Source: a virus
Lineage: Duplodnaviria; Caudoviricetes
DNA: 53,330 nt
Reading direction: 5' to 3' (one strand)
Virus record (IMG/VR): IMGVR_UViG_3300042922_000577
Span: 1 to 53,330 of that record
The notes beneath the pieces are model-generated. The model saw only the letters and a program-made list of their open reading frames with translations. It ran no database searches and was not told the origin of the DNA. The translations under genes were made by a program, and so were the position numbers. Below are positions 18,337 through 27,451 of this stretch, one piece after another. The first letter of the stretch is position 1. The number at the start of each line of letters is the position of its first letter.

Positions 18337-18927
18337 ATGGCTCAGACAGCAGCGCAGCGTAAGGCTGCCGAAGCGAAGGCCGCGGAGAAGGCGGCCGAGG
18401 AGGATGAGTTCGGCTCGTCTTCCGAGACGCCGCCCACCGACGCGCCGGAGGGTTCCGCCGGTGATTCCGGCGCGGCCCAGGACGACACCGCCGAGACGGC
18501 CGCGGACGACCGCAAGGCCGTCGACACCCCGCTCAGCGAGACGCCCGAGCAGGCGAAGCTGAACTCGCTCCTCTACAAGCTCGGGGATGCGCTCGGGTTC
18601 GACAAGGACGAGGACGGGACCATCACGGCCTCGCCGGATGCGATCGTCGAGGCGACCCTGGAGCAGATCGCAGAGTTCGAGCGCCAGGCCAGCGAGCCCG
18701 CTCCGGCGCCCGAGGTCAAGTCGGGCTCCCCCGCCGCCGCGGTGCGCCTCACGATCGAGGAGGTGGACGGCGCGGGCAAGGCGCTGCGCAAGTGGGGCCA
18801 GCTGGTCCCGATCGCGCAGGCGAACCCCGCCGCCGTCGCCGAGACCGTGAAGGCGACGGTCGAGGAGATCGTGGCCGTGCCGGTCGGACCGGTGCAGGCC
18901 CTGGAGCAGCAGCCCGTCGAGGACTGA
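18337..18927 (+). CDS. acidic hypothetical protein
   Basis: ATG 2 nt after the SSB stop codon. Confidence 0.7.
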   Translation: MAQTAAQRKAAEAKAAEKAAEEDEFGSSSETPPTDAPEGSAGDSGAAQDDTAETAADDRKAVDTPLSETPEQAKLNSLLYKLGDALGFDKDEDGTITASPDAIVEATLEQIAEFERQASEPAPAPEVKSGSPAAAVRLTIEEVDGAGKALRKWGQLVPIAQANPAAVAETVKATVEEIVAVPVGPVQALEQQPVED

Positions 18928-18999
18928 TGTCTCCCCTCCCGCCGGACGAGTTCGCGGCTGCCCTGGAGGCAGTTCGCGCTCTACTCGCCGAACCGGACC

Positions 19000-19154
19000 C
19001 CGGGGACATGCTCCCCGGCTTCTGACCGCTCCAGGTCAGACGGATCGACCGCTCCGCAAGACGGTCAGCTGGTGCCCCTCCGGTGAATTCCGTACTCGGG
19101 GAGGAATCTCGCGGCTGCGCAGCACGAGACCGGTGGTTCGACTCCACCCCCAGC
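19000..19154 (+). ncRNA. putative structured RNA with tRNA-like T-arm
   Basis: Consecutive hairpins ending in GGTGG-TTCGACT-CCACC; GCTGG/CCAGC closing stem. Confidence 0.45.
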
Positions 19155-19193
19155 GCAGCGTTCCCATGCGCGTCACAACTGAGAGGAGGACCG

Positions 19194-21587
19194 ATGCCAG
19201 CTGCACCCGAAATGCCGGACCAACGAGCATTCATCACCGGCATCCTCCGGGACATGGAGGGCAATGCTGTCCTCTCGCTGGCATCGGGCCACTCGGCTCC
19301 GACCGCTACTGCCCCGAACGGCAAGCCCATCATCGACCGGCACTACTGGTTCAGCTACCCCGCCGAACTGGACATGATGGTGGGCTTCGCCGAGCAGGCC
19401 TGGCGCGACCGCCAGGACGCCTACATCTCGCCGCTCATCTACGGCTCCGAGGCGTTCCGCTCCCCGCGCACCGGCAAGATCGTCGTCCGGACCCCCGATG
19501 GCCGTCCGATCTTCGCGCGCTCGCTGAAGAATGCGATGTTTTCGCAGACCGTCTACATGGACAGCGACTCGTGCCCTCCCGAGGCCTTCCGCCTGCCGCC
19601 GTCGCGCCACGTGCAGACCTCCGAGGGTCACGGTCACGACTACTGGTTCCTGACCGAACCCGTGCCCGCATCCGTCGCCGCTCACGTCGCCCACAAGATC
19701 ACCACGGCGCACAAGGCCGAGGGCTCGGACCCCTCCGGGTGGTCGGCGAACAAGGTGCTGCGCCTGCCCGCCTGGAACACCACGTACGACGAGTTCGCGC
19801 CCTGGCCGGTCACGTACGAGGAGAACGACACCGACGAGCGCACCGGCGAGCAGTACGACGAGGCGCGCGTCTACCACATTGGCGACCTGGAAGAGGTCTA
19901 CGCAGATGTGGACGTGGAGGCGGGCTCGATCCCGGCCTACCAGACCTACGAGCCGGTGCCCGCGCTGGCGGGCCTGCCGGACCACGCAGAACTCGTGAAG
20001 CGCATTCCCTCCACGATGCGCGGACTGAGCAACCTGATCTACACCAAGCCGAAGGAAGGCCCTGGCGGCTGGCGCTCCGAGATGCGCTACAAGCTCCTCC
20101 TGGAGTTGCAGCGGTTCGGGTTCAACGACCAGGAGACGATCTCCGTCGCCTGGCACTCCCCGGCGGCGTCGAAGTGGCGCGAGGATAAGCGCGGCGTGGA
20201 CGGCCTCTGGTGGGAGCTTCAGGTCAAGGTGAAGCCGATCCTCGCGCACGAGTCCCCCGATGGCGTCGAGGCGGCGCCGGTGACGGAGATGGTGGGCTCG
20301 GGGTTCGGGCTCCTATCGCACGAGGCACGCAAACGCGTCGAGGAGCGAGACGACTTCCTGACCACGGTCATGCGCTACTCGATGTCGCGGGTGAAGGTGC
20401 CGAACGCGCCGTACCACATCATCAACGCCTGGACCTACCTGTCAGTCGCGCTCAGCGAACACATCGAGTTCCCGAAGGAGCCGAAGAGCCTCGGGACGAA
20501 TCTCTACTCGATCCAGCTGGGCGGGTCGTCGACCGGTAAGGACGAGACCTACGGCATCTACGGAGAGGAGCCTGGCGGCCTCATCCACGCGCTCGAAGAG
20601 CCGGACCTGATGCTCCCCGCCCAGACCTCCCGTGACGCCTACATCGAGCGCCTGCTGATGAAGGACCGCAAGATCAGCTACGTGCACGAGAACGAGTTCG
20701 ACGGCCTCCTGGAGACGGTGAAGGTCGGCGGCTCGGGAACGCAGGGGCTGATCTCGGTGTGGACGCGCTCCTACGACGGCGAGGTGCCGCCCCTCGGCCG
20801 CGTCGGGAAGACGGACCTCGGCAAGGGTGGCGTGCAGTCCGTGGTCGTCATGCACATGATGGGCACGCCCGAGGGCGTCATCGACCAGCTGGAGCGGAAG
20901 AACTTCTACACCGGCTGGCTGGCCCGCAACATCTGGGTGTTCGGCGAGAACATCGACACCACGAAGGAGTCGCTGGCCACGAACGTCCGGCGCGGCGCGC
21001 AGGTGCAGCGGAAGTACAACTACATGCCGCGGTACTTCGCGAGCCACCTACACCACACCATCGCGAGCCTCTACTCCAAGATTCCGTTCGAGGCCGACCG
21101 CATCCCGGTCGAGCCCACCGACGAAGCCATCCGCCTGATCGACGACGCGAAGTGGACCCTGCACGAGCACATCTCGGCCGAGTCCGACATCGGCCTGTGG
21201 CGCCCGATCCTCCGACGCATGTACGACATCATGTGGAAGATCGCAACGCTCCAGGCGGCGTCCAACGGGCGCATCGTCATCGGCGTGCGTGACGCCGAGG
21301 TCGCGCTGTACTACACCGAGATGTGGATGGCCAACGCGATGCAGGCCGCCCAGCAGGTCTCGGACTCGTACTTCGCCCGCCAGTGTGACGAGATCGAGAA
21401 GTTCATCGCGGCGAACCCGAAGGGCGAGGTCGAGATCGGCTCCGTCTACCGGTTCCGCCGGAACGAGCCGAAGCGCATCGTGGATGAGTACATGCTGTCC
21501 CTGGGCTTCCAGGGCCGCGTGGAGGAGAAGCCGAACACCGCCGGTGACAAGCGGGTATTCCGACTGAAGACCAAGGAGAAGAAATGA
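19194..21587 (+). CDS. primase (AEP/RepB-like) fused to a P-loop helicase-like domain
   Basis: YMDSD, VQTSEGHGHDYW and VLRLP primase motifs; GGSSTGKD Walker A, ENEF Walker B-like, GWLAR; GAGGAGG RBS. Confidence 0.8.
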   Translation: MPAAPEMPDQRAFITGILRDMEGNAVLSLASGHSAPTATAPNGKPIIDRHYWFSYPAELDMMVGFAEQAWRDRQDAYISPLIYGSEAFRSPRTGKIVVRTPDGRPIFARSLKNAMFSQTVYMDSDSCPPEAFRLPPSRHVQTSEGHGHDYWFLTEPVPASVAAHVAHKITTAHKAEGSDPSGWSANKVLRLPAWNTTYDEFAPWPVTYEENDTDERTGEQYDEARVYHIGDLEEVYADVDVEAGSIPAYQTYEPVPALAGLPDHAELVKRIPSTMRGLSNLIYTKPKEGPGGWRSEMRYKLLLELQRFGFNDQETISVAWHSPAASKWREDKRGVDGLWWELQVKVKPILAHESPDGVEAAPVTEMVGSGFGLLSHEARKRVEERDDFLTTVMRYSMSRVKVPNAPYHIINAWTYLSVALSEHIEFPKEPKSLGTNLYSIQLGGSSTGKDETYGIYGEEPGGLIHALEEPDLMLPAQTSRDAYIERLLMKDRKISYVHENEFDGLLETVKVGGSGTQGLISVWTRSYDGEVPPLGRVGKTDLGKGGVQSVVVMHMMGTPEGVIDQLERKNFYTGWLARNIWVFGENIDTTKESLATNVRRGAQVQRKYNYMPRYFASHLHHTIASLYSKIPFEADRIPVEPTDEAIRLIDDAKWTLHEHISAESDIGLWRPILRRMYDIMWKIATLQAASNGRIVIGVRDAEVALYYTEMWMANAMQAAQQVSDSYFARQCDEIEKFIAANPKGEVEIGSVYRFRRNEPKRIVDEYMLSLGFQGRVEEKPNTAGDKRVFRLKTKEKK

Positions 21588-22039
21588 TCGCCCTGACACC
21601 CCTGGAGCAGGCCCTGGTGGCCTTCAGCCGCGACCGTGACCCCGATGCCCCCGGCGACCGCCAGGGGCGCGTGGACGACGCCGTGGCGCTGGCTGAGACG
21701 GAGACGTTCTCGGTGCAGCACATCATCCTCATCACGGGCCTGCCGAAGACGTTCGCCTACGAGCTCCTGGCCGGGAAGAACCCGCGCAAGGAGGGTGGCT
21801 CGCTGAACGTCGAGCACCTGCCTCTGATCAACGATGTGGCCATCGACTGGCGGCGACACCGCTCGGCCGACCGGCGCGTGGTGGCGACGATCGTGGACGG
21901 CGGCACAAGCCCCCGCATGCTGGCGAAGCTGACCGGCATCCACTACAACACCATCTACGCCTGGATGCGCAAGAAGGAAGCAAACGCCTCGGATTCGCAA
22001 CCAAAGGTTGCGGCTGAAACGCCGAACGCGGCAGACTAG
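21584..22039 (+). CDS. double helix-turn-helix DNA-binding protein
   Basis: FSVQHIILITGLPKTFAY and SPRMLAKLTGIHYNTIYAW. Confidence 0.75.
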   Translation: MIALTPLEQALVAFSRDRDPDAPGDRQGRVDDAVALAETETFSVQHIILITGLPKTFAYELLAGKNPRKEGGSLNVEHLPLINDVAIDWRRHRSADRRVVATIVDGGTSPRMLAKLTGIHYNTIYAWMRKKEANASDSQPKVAAETPNAAD

Positions 22040-22044
22040 GCCGT

Positions 22045-22302
22045 ATGACCCGGAGCAGAGTAGAAACAACCGCCTACGTGGCGTTCGTCCGTCGCATCCT
22101 CAAAGCGCTCGCACGCCGGGCTGGCGAAGAGGACGAGCACGAGCTTTCGCTCCTCATGGCACTGGAGGACGAGGTGCGCGAGTGCATCCGCCAGGCGGTC
22201 GCACGCCAGCGGGACCGCGGCGTCTCCTGGGATCGGATTGCGCTGTCGGCGGGGACTTCCCGCCAGGCGGTAACGAAGAGATGGAAGGGAGTAGGCCAGT
22301 GA
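22045..22302 (+). CDS. small HTH protein
   Basis: GVSWDRIALSAGTSRQAVTKRW. Confidence 0.75.
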   Translation: MTRSRVETTAYVAFVRRILKALARRAGEEDEHELSLLMALEDEVRECIRQAVARQRDRGVSWDRIALSAGTSRQAVTKRWKGVGQ

Positions 22303-22601
22303 CGGAGCAGCACAACGTCTACCGAGACGGCAAGATTCACGTCCTGTCCGAGAAGTGCGCCACCTGCATCTTCCGGCCGAACGAGCGCCCCGTGGATGGC
22401 GCCCGAGTGGCCGAGATGGTGCGCGACACCATGGACGAGCCCGGCGCCACCGTGGTCTGCCACAAGACCCTGTACGACCTGGATGGGAAAACCGACCAGG
22501 AGCACGCGATCTGCCGGGGCTGGTACGACCGCCTCGGCGACCGTGACCCGATCCTCCGCCTGGCCCAGGTCATGGGTGTCATCCAGGAGCAGGCCGCATG
22601 A
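22299..22601 (+). CDS. Cys-rich hypothetical protein (CATCIF...CH...CRG)
   Basis: GTGA coupling. Confidence 0.7.
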   Translation: MTEQHNVYRDGKIHVLSEKCATCIFRPNERPVDGARVAEMVRDTMDEPGATVVCHKTLYDLDGKTDQEHAICRGWYDRLGDRDPILRLAQVMGVIQEQAA

Positions 22602-22996
22602 ACCTCTTCATCTGGGCCGGTGGCGAGCCGATCGACCTCGCCAAGGTGAAGGCGGCCAAGGCCGAGTTGGACGACGGCATCACCGAGGTGCCGACCGTCC
22701 GGCCGGTGAACTGCGGCGCGCTCGGCGCGCAGGGCCTCACGTTCGACGACCGCGTGCTCGCGATCGGTTCGGCTCCGCCGTTCCTGTGCGACTTCTTCCT
22801 GGTCGGCGAGGAGGCCGGTCCCGAGGAGTTTACGCGCGCGCTCGCGTGGGTGCTGAACATCGTCGAGCACGACGACCGCGCGAACGCCATGGGCGACACG
22901 CTCAAAGCCGTCTTCGGCCCCGGCACTCGCGAGGTGCCTCAGGAGGAGATCGACGCCAAGCGCCGCCTCCACGAGTACCAGAGGAACCTCGCATGA
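22598..22996 (+). CDS. hypothetical protein
   Basis: ATGA coupling. Confidence 0.7.
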   Translation: MNLFIWAGGEPIDLAKVKAAKAELDDGITEVPTVRPVNCGALGAQGLTFDDRVLAIGSAPPFLCDFFLVGEEAGPEEFTRALAWVLNIVEHDDRANAMGDTLKAVFGPGTREVPQEEIDAKRRLHEYQRNLA

Positions 22997-23247
22997 CCGC
23001 CCTCACGACGGCTCAGGAAAAAGGCATTGAGACGCTGCGGGCGAATCAGCCACTGTCCCCGCGCGAGTTCGCGATGCTGATGTGGCCTGACTCTCCGGCC
23101 TGGCATAAGCGCACGAGGAAGTTCGGTGGCCGTGATCCCGGCGCTGTCGGCGGGACCATGCCGATGAACGGAGCACGTCTGCTCTGGCGACTCTTCGACC
23201 TGAAGCTGGCCTACCGGGACGAAACGGGACGCTGGCGGGCGTACTGA
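22993..23247 (+). CDS. hypothetical protein, possible winged helix
   Basis: GAGGA RBS, ATGA coupling. Confidence 0.6.
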   Translation: MTALTTAQEKGIETLRANQPLSPREFAMLMWPDSPAWHKRTRKFGGRDPGAVGGTMPMNGARLLWRLFDLKLAYRDETGRWRAY

Positions 23248-24071
23248 TGGGCTTCGATTTCGTCAGCCAGGTCGACCCTGACTTCGCCACGTCGGAGCAA
23301 TACTTCGCCGACTACGCACGCCAGCGGAAGCTCTGGCTGGCCGAGCGTGGGGGCTTCGACGCCGTGGAGGATGACGAGGGCGTCGTGACCCTCGTCGAGC
23401 GCGAGAAGGTCGAGAAGGGCCGCCAGACCACCGTGCTCGTCCCGGCGCACCGCATCGAGATCACGAGCCTCGGAACGTCCCCGAAGGGCCTGGCGAAGGC
23501 GCTGACCGCCATGGGGTGGACGGTGAACGTCTGGCTGACCGTGGGCGACGTTGCCCCGGTGTTCTTCCTGAACGACTCCAAGGAGGGCGACAAGAACGAG
23601 CACTCCGCCGGGGACGTGCGCCACGAGGGCTTCATCGCACGCCGCTACACCGTAGAGGGACGCTTCGGCGAGCACCCGGTGGCCATCCAGGCGTTCTACC
23701 TCGGGAAGGGCCAGGAGGGCAACTCGGCCTCGTTCGAGTGGTGCCGCATCCGGGACTCGGCCTACGGCATCGACGTGCCGAACGGGCTCGACTACACCTA
23801 CACCAAGCCAGATGCCGAAGCCAAGGGCTGGACCGAGGAGATGCGGATTCAGTACGGCATGCGGATGAACCGGCAGTACAACGACAAACCGATCCGCCGC
23901 GAGCACCGCGTCTACTACTGGAAGGCCGACCCCATGAACCAGTGGGTCGACTTCTACCTCGACGCGACCAAGACCGAGAATGACGGCAAGCGCCTCACGC
24001 GCAAGAAGAAGGAACCGGAGAAGCCCGCGACCGACGCGCAGCTGCTGTCCGGCGAGGAATGGACGGGATGA
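23247..24071 (+). CDS. hypothetical protein
   Basis: TGATG coupling; good codon usage. Confidence 0.75.
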   Translation: MGFDFVSQVDPDFATSEQYFADYARQRKLWLAERGGFDAVEDDEGVVTLVEREKVEKGRQTTVLVPAHRIEITSLGTSPKGLAKALTAMGWTVNVWLTVGDVAPVFFLNDSKEGDKNEHSAGDVRHEGFIARRYTVEGRFGEHPVAIQAFYLGKGQEGNSASFEWCRIRDSAYGIDVPNGLDYTYTKPDAEAKGWTEEMRIQYGMRMNRQYNDKPIRREHRVYYWKADPMNQWVDFYLDATKTENDGKRLTRKKKEPEKPATDAQLLSGEEWTG

Positions 24072-24571
24072 TGGGTGAGACGATTCTGGGGATCGACCCC
24101 GGCGGCACGACCGGCTGGAGCCTCTGGGAGCTTCCCGATGACCTGCCCGCGATGCGGCTCCAGTACGGGGCGATCAAGGGCGGCGCGATGGGCTTCCTGT
24201 TCTGGATGGAGCGCAACCTCGGACCGCTGCGGCCGAGCCTCATCGTGTTCGAGCGGTTCAATCCGGACCTCGGCTACGGCGACGCTAAGGACTACGAGGC
24301 GCTCATCATCCAGGGCCTGGTCATGGGCGCCGCGAGCGCGCTCGGGATCGACCTCCTGCTGCACGAGACCGGCATGAAGGCGATGTGCACGGACGACGCG
24401 CTGAAGCGGCTGGGCTTCTACATCACGCCCGCGGAGGCGAAGGTCGACCCAGCGATCATGCACGAGGACGCCCGCGACGTGAACGACAGCGAGATTCACG
24501 TCCTCGCGCACGCGAAGGCGATCGAGCACCAGCCGACGCTGGACGCCTTCTGGCCGGAGATCGTCCTGTAG
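24068..24571 (+). CDS. RuvC-like Holliday junction resolvase
   Basis: ILGIDPGGTTGW, IVFE and DVNDSEIH RNase H-fold acidic motifs. Confidence 0.8.
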   Translation: MMGETILGIDPGGTTGWSLWELPDDLPAMRLQYGAIKGGAMGFLFWMERNLGPLRPSLIVFERFNPDLGYGDAKDYEALIIQGLVMGAASALGIDLLLHETGMKAMCTDDALKRLGFYITPAEAKVDPAIMHEDARDVNDSEIHVLAHAKAIEHQPTLDAFWPEIVL

Positions 24572-24577
24572 ACACCA

Positions 24578-24620
24578 GGAAGCCCCTCGCGATCCAGCGA
24601 CAACTGGACGAGGGGCTTCC
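24578..24620. terminator. hairpin terminator at the convergence of the two arms
   Basis: ggaagcccctcg...cgaggggcttcc inverted repeat. Confidence 0.7.
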
Positions 24621-24653
24621 CGGGGCGACTCCCCGGACGAGAGCCAGTGTAGC

Positions 24654-24977
24654 TCAGAAGCGACTGGCCGGGGGATTCGGCACGCTCGGCGTGTTCGGCA
24701 TCACCAGGGCGAAGCCGAAGGCGCCGGTGCCAAGCGAGACGAGCGAGTTCACGAGCGCCACGGCGCGCGTGGGAACGTCGGTGCCCATCGCGATCTCGGG
24801 GAAGAACGCGAACAGGAGGCCCGCGGCGCCCGCCAGGAGCGAGGCGATCCAGAAGCCGACGCCGATCTTCCGGCGGGTGTTCGGGTTCGAGACCACGACG
24901 TTCGGCGTGATCTGGTCGACGCTGGCGATGGCCGCCGGGAGGCCGGGCGTGGGCAGGTTGGGGTTGACGTCGGTCAT
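24654..24977 (-). CDS. holin (two TM helices)
   Basis: Two hydrophobic segments, immediately downstream of the endolysin. Confidence 0.7.
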   Translation of the reverse strand: MTDVNPNLPTPGLPAAIASVDQITPNVVVSNPNTRRKIGVGFWIASLLAGAAGLLFAFFPEIAMGTDVPTRAVALVNSLVSLGTGAFGFALVMPNTPSVPNPPASRF

Positions 24978-24978
24978 G

Positions 24979-25890
24979 TCACACTTCCTTCTCGGAGGGG
25001 TCCAGCAGTTCCTTGATGTCCGCGATGGTGCGGTTCGCCTCGGCCGTGGCCCGGTTCCAGGTCTGGCCGGTCCACCAATGGCCGGTCTCGGCGTTCAGCA
25101 CGACCAGCTGGCCGCCCTTGCCGGGGCCGACGTTGATGCCGTTCGAGGTGTTGATGAACTTGTAGGCGTCGCGCGCCACGCCGAACCGAGCGAGGAGCAC
25201 GTCGAACTCGGCGGGCGTGCACTCGGTCCAGTCGTCGCGCGAGCGAATCTGGTTCTTCACCTTGTCGGGGTCATCGCTGTCGATCATGTGCGAGAGCGTG
25301 CCGATACCGAGGGTCACGGTGTGCGCCGTGCCGCTGTCGTTCACGTGAATGGCGAGCATGTCATCCTCTTCGTCGGGTAGTTCTACGGGCTTGGGGGTGG
25401 GTGCCGGGGTCGGCGGGGTCTGGAAGATGTGGAGCATAGCGTAGTGCCACGCCTCGTTGAAGTTGTAGCCCTCGGCCACCATGTCGAACAGCGTGCACCA
25501 GTAGCGCAGCCAGTTCGCTCGGGCACTGCCCTTGGTGGCCACACCGGCGCCGGGGCCGTCGTCGTAGAGGTCGGCGGCGGCCGTGGTTCCCTGAATCTCG
25601 TGGTTCGAGGTGCTGGGCACGGCCACGGTTCCGAGCGGCGAGATGCGGTACCAGCGCACGCCGTTCCACACGCGGGTGTCGTAGACGTGGCGGCCGTTGA
25701 CCTGCGAGGCGATCCGGTAGCGCTCGGTGAAGATCGCGACCTGTTCCTCGTACGTCCGGATGCCGGAGCGGACGTGGATGTGGCATCCCCACACGCGGAA
25801 GAACTCGGCGTCGAGCCGGTCGATCTGGTAGTTCATCCACGGCGTCAGGCGCTGCCCATCGCGGTAGACGAACTCGACTGCGCCGCCCAT
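24979..25890 (-). CDS. endolysin, M15-type zinc peptidase
   Basis: SGIRT..EQ, SNH...AAAD and EAWH motifs; Pro-rich linker and C-terminal binding domain. Confidence 0.85.
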   Translation of the reverse strand: MGGAVEFVYRDGQRLTPWMNYQIDRLDAEFFRVWGCHIHVRSGIRTYEEQVAIFTERYRIASQVNGRHVYDTRVWNGVRWYRISPLGTVAVPSTSNHEIQGTTAAADLYDDGPGAGVATKGSARANWLRYWCTLFDMVAEGYNFNEAWHYAMLHIFQTPPTPAPTPKPVELPDEEDDMLAIHVNDSGTAHTVTLGIGTLSHMIDSDDPDKVKNQIRSRDDWTECTPAEFDVLLARFGVARDAYKFINTSNGINVGPGKGGQLVVLNAETGHWWTGQTWNRATAEANRTIADIKELLDPSEKEV

Positions 25891-26120
25891 CAGTCCTCCT
25901 CGTCCGCCCGGTAGACGGTCGTGGCGAGGGTGACGCCGGAGACGAAGACGATCTCGCCCTCATCCCCGAGCCCGAACGCATCGACGATGCCGTCGCCGTC
26001 CAGGTCGACATCGGTCGGAAGGAGCGGGCTCTCGACGCCATTGGCGACGTGCGCGAGGAGGATGGACCGGATGGTGTTCCGGTCCTCCGCGCTGAGTTCT
26101 GCGACCTCGGGTGTGATCAT
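25890..26120 (-). CDS. small acidic protein with DxDxDG Ca-binding-like loop
   Basis: DVDLDGDGIVD; coupled to the endolysin by TGATG. Confidence 0.7.
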   Translation of the reverse strand: MITPEVAELSAEDRNTIRSILLAHVANGVESPLLPTDVDLDGDGIVDAFGLGDEGEIVFVSGVTLATTVYRADEED

Positions 26121-26136
26121 GGGGCAGATCGTACCA

Positions 26137-26841
26137 TTACGCGATCTCGAACACCCCTTCGATCACGACACGCGAGCCCGCGAGGTAGGAGTAGTTCGAC
26201 GGCACCAGGGGGATGCCCGAGTTGTTCCCGCCGCCCGAGTTCGCGTTGCGCGCGGCCTTCATCACGGTCGAGGAGATCGACTCCACCACGCGCGGCTGGA
26301 TCGTCGTGCCGCCGGGGGAGACCAGACCGAGGCCAGTGAAGTCCCACCCGGGACCGGCGAGCGAGACCCAGCACGGAACGATCTGCTGCCCGCTCGGCGC
26401 CGCCTGCAACGGCAGGGCGAAGGCGTAGTCACCGGCGCCGCCCGAGGTCGTGTTGCCGAAGAACAGTTCGATGCGGAAGGCGATCAGCTTGCGGCCGATG
26501 TACTTGTACCGACCGAGGAGCGTGCCGTTGTTCAGCACCGGCGCCGAGTTTGCGGCCGTCCAGGTCGGGGTGTAGCTGATCCAGTCGCTGGTTTCGATGA
26601 CCCAGCCGCCCTCGTAGACCTGGGTCTGCTTGGTGTCGCGCACGTACACGCGGTCGCCATCGGTGGGGCTGGGGAAGAGGCTGTCGCGCGCGGCGTTGTT
26701 CGCGACGCTGAGCGGGAGGTCGTAGCCGTCGAGCGCGTTGGCGACGCTCTGCGCCATTTGCAGGAAGTTGTCCTCGAAGGGGATCAGGGGCGATCCGACG
26801 ATCGGGTACCAGATCGGCCAGCGGCCGTTGAGGTTGGGCAT
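26137..26841 (-). CDS. minor tail / receptor-binding protein
   Basis: End of tail operon; WISYTPTW...GRYK beta-rich domain. Confidence 0.75.
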   Translation of the reverse strand: MPNLNGRWPIWYPIVGSPLIPFEDNFLQMAQSVANALDGYDLPLSVANNAARDSLFPSPTDGDRVYVRDTKQTQVYEGGWVIETSDWISYTPTWTAANSAPVLNNGTLLGRYKYIGRKLIAFRIELFFGNTTSGGAGDYAFALPLQAAPSGQQIVPCWVSLAGPGWDFTGLGLVSPGGTTIQPRVVESISSTVMKAARNANSGGGNNSGIPLVPSNYSYLAGSRVVIEGVFEIA

Positions 26842-26857
26842 GTCGGAATCCTATCTC

Positions 26858-27451
26858 TTAGACCGGGTTGGTGAAGGTGGCGATGACGGTGAGGCTGGCG
26901 TAGTTGCCAGAGCGGGCCGGGAAGGCGTTGGAGTTCAGCGGCCGAAGCTCCAGCGTGCACGAGGTCACGCCGCCGGAGAATGCACCGACGCCCGGCAGGC
27001 CGAAGTTCGGCGAGAGGATGTTGTTGACCTGGGAGGCTGCGGCATCCTTCGCCGGGGCGAAGATGGGCGACGCGATACCTGCGATCACGATGCGAGCCTC
27101 GCAGATCGTGAGGCCGCCGGAGAGCGTGTCGACCGCCGCCGCCCCGCCCATGGCCACGATGCTCAGGTCCTGCCACTCGTCAGGGTGGCGGATGTCAACC
27201 GTGGCCACGACGTTCCATCCGGCCACGAGCCCGAAGCCGGTGGAGGAGCCCTGGCCGACGACGACGAACGGCATGCTGCGGATGGTCTTCGCCATGCGCT
27301 GGGCGGCGGCGTTCTGGCCCTTGTTGACGTTGAGGGCTTCGGCATCCTCGCGCTCGTTGCGGGCGGCCTGCTCCTCCAGGCGCTGCTCGACGTAGCGGGT
27401 CCAGGGGCGCGAGAGGCGGTCGAGGTTCGGGAGCGGGAAGCGAAGACGCAT
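26858..27451 (-). CDS. minor tail protein
   Basis: Position; coiled-coil followed by a beta domain. Confidence 0.7.
   Translation of the reverse strand: MRLRFPLPNLDRLSRPWTRYVEQRLEEQAARNEREDAEALNVNKGQNAAAQRMAKTIRSMPFVVVGQGSSTGFGLVAGWNVVATVDIRHPDEWQDLSIVAMGGAAAVDTLSGGLTICEARIVIAGIASPIFAPAKDAAASQVNNILSPNFGLPGVGAFSGGVTSCTLELRPLNSNAFPARSGNYASLTVIATFTNPV

Noticed and set aside
18927-19025. 32-aa ORF ending PGF, and the chaperone's DPGF end, as members of the acidic-Phe tail set
   Set aside because: The short ORF overlaps the RNA hairpins and may not be coding. The chaperone ending is dictated by the slippery sequence.
19021-19154. Canonical tRNA or tmRNA
   Set aside because: It has a T-arm and a GGATCGAC reminiscent of tmRNA 5' ends, but no G3:U70 acceptor stem, CCA, D-arm or tag frame. 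Kept only as a tRNA-like element.
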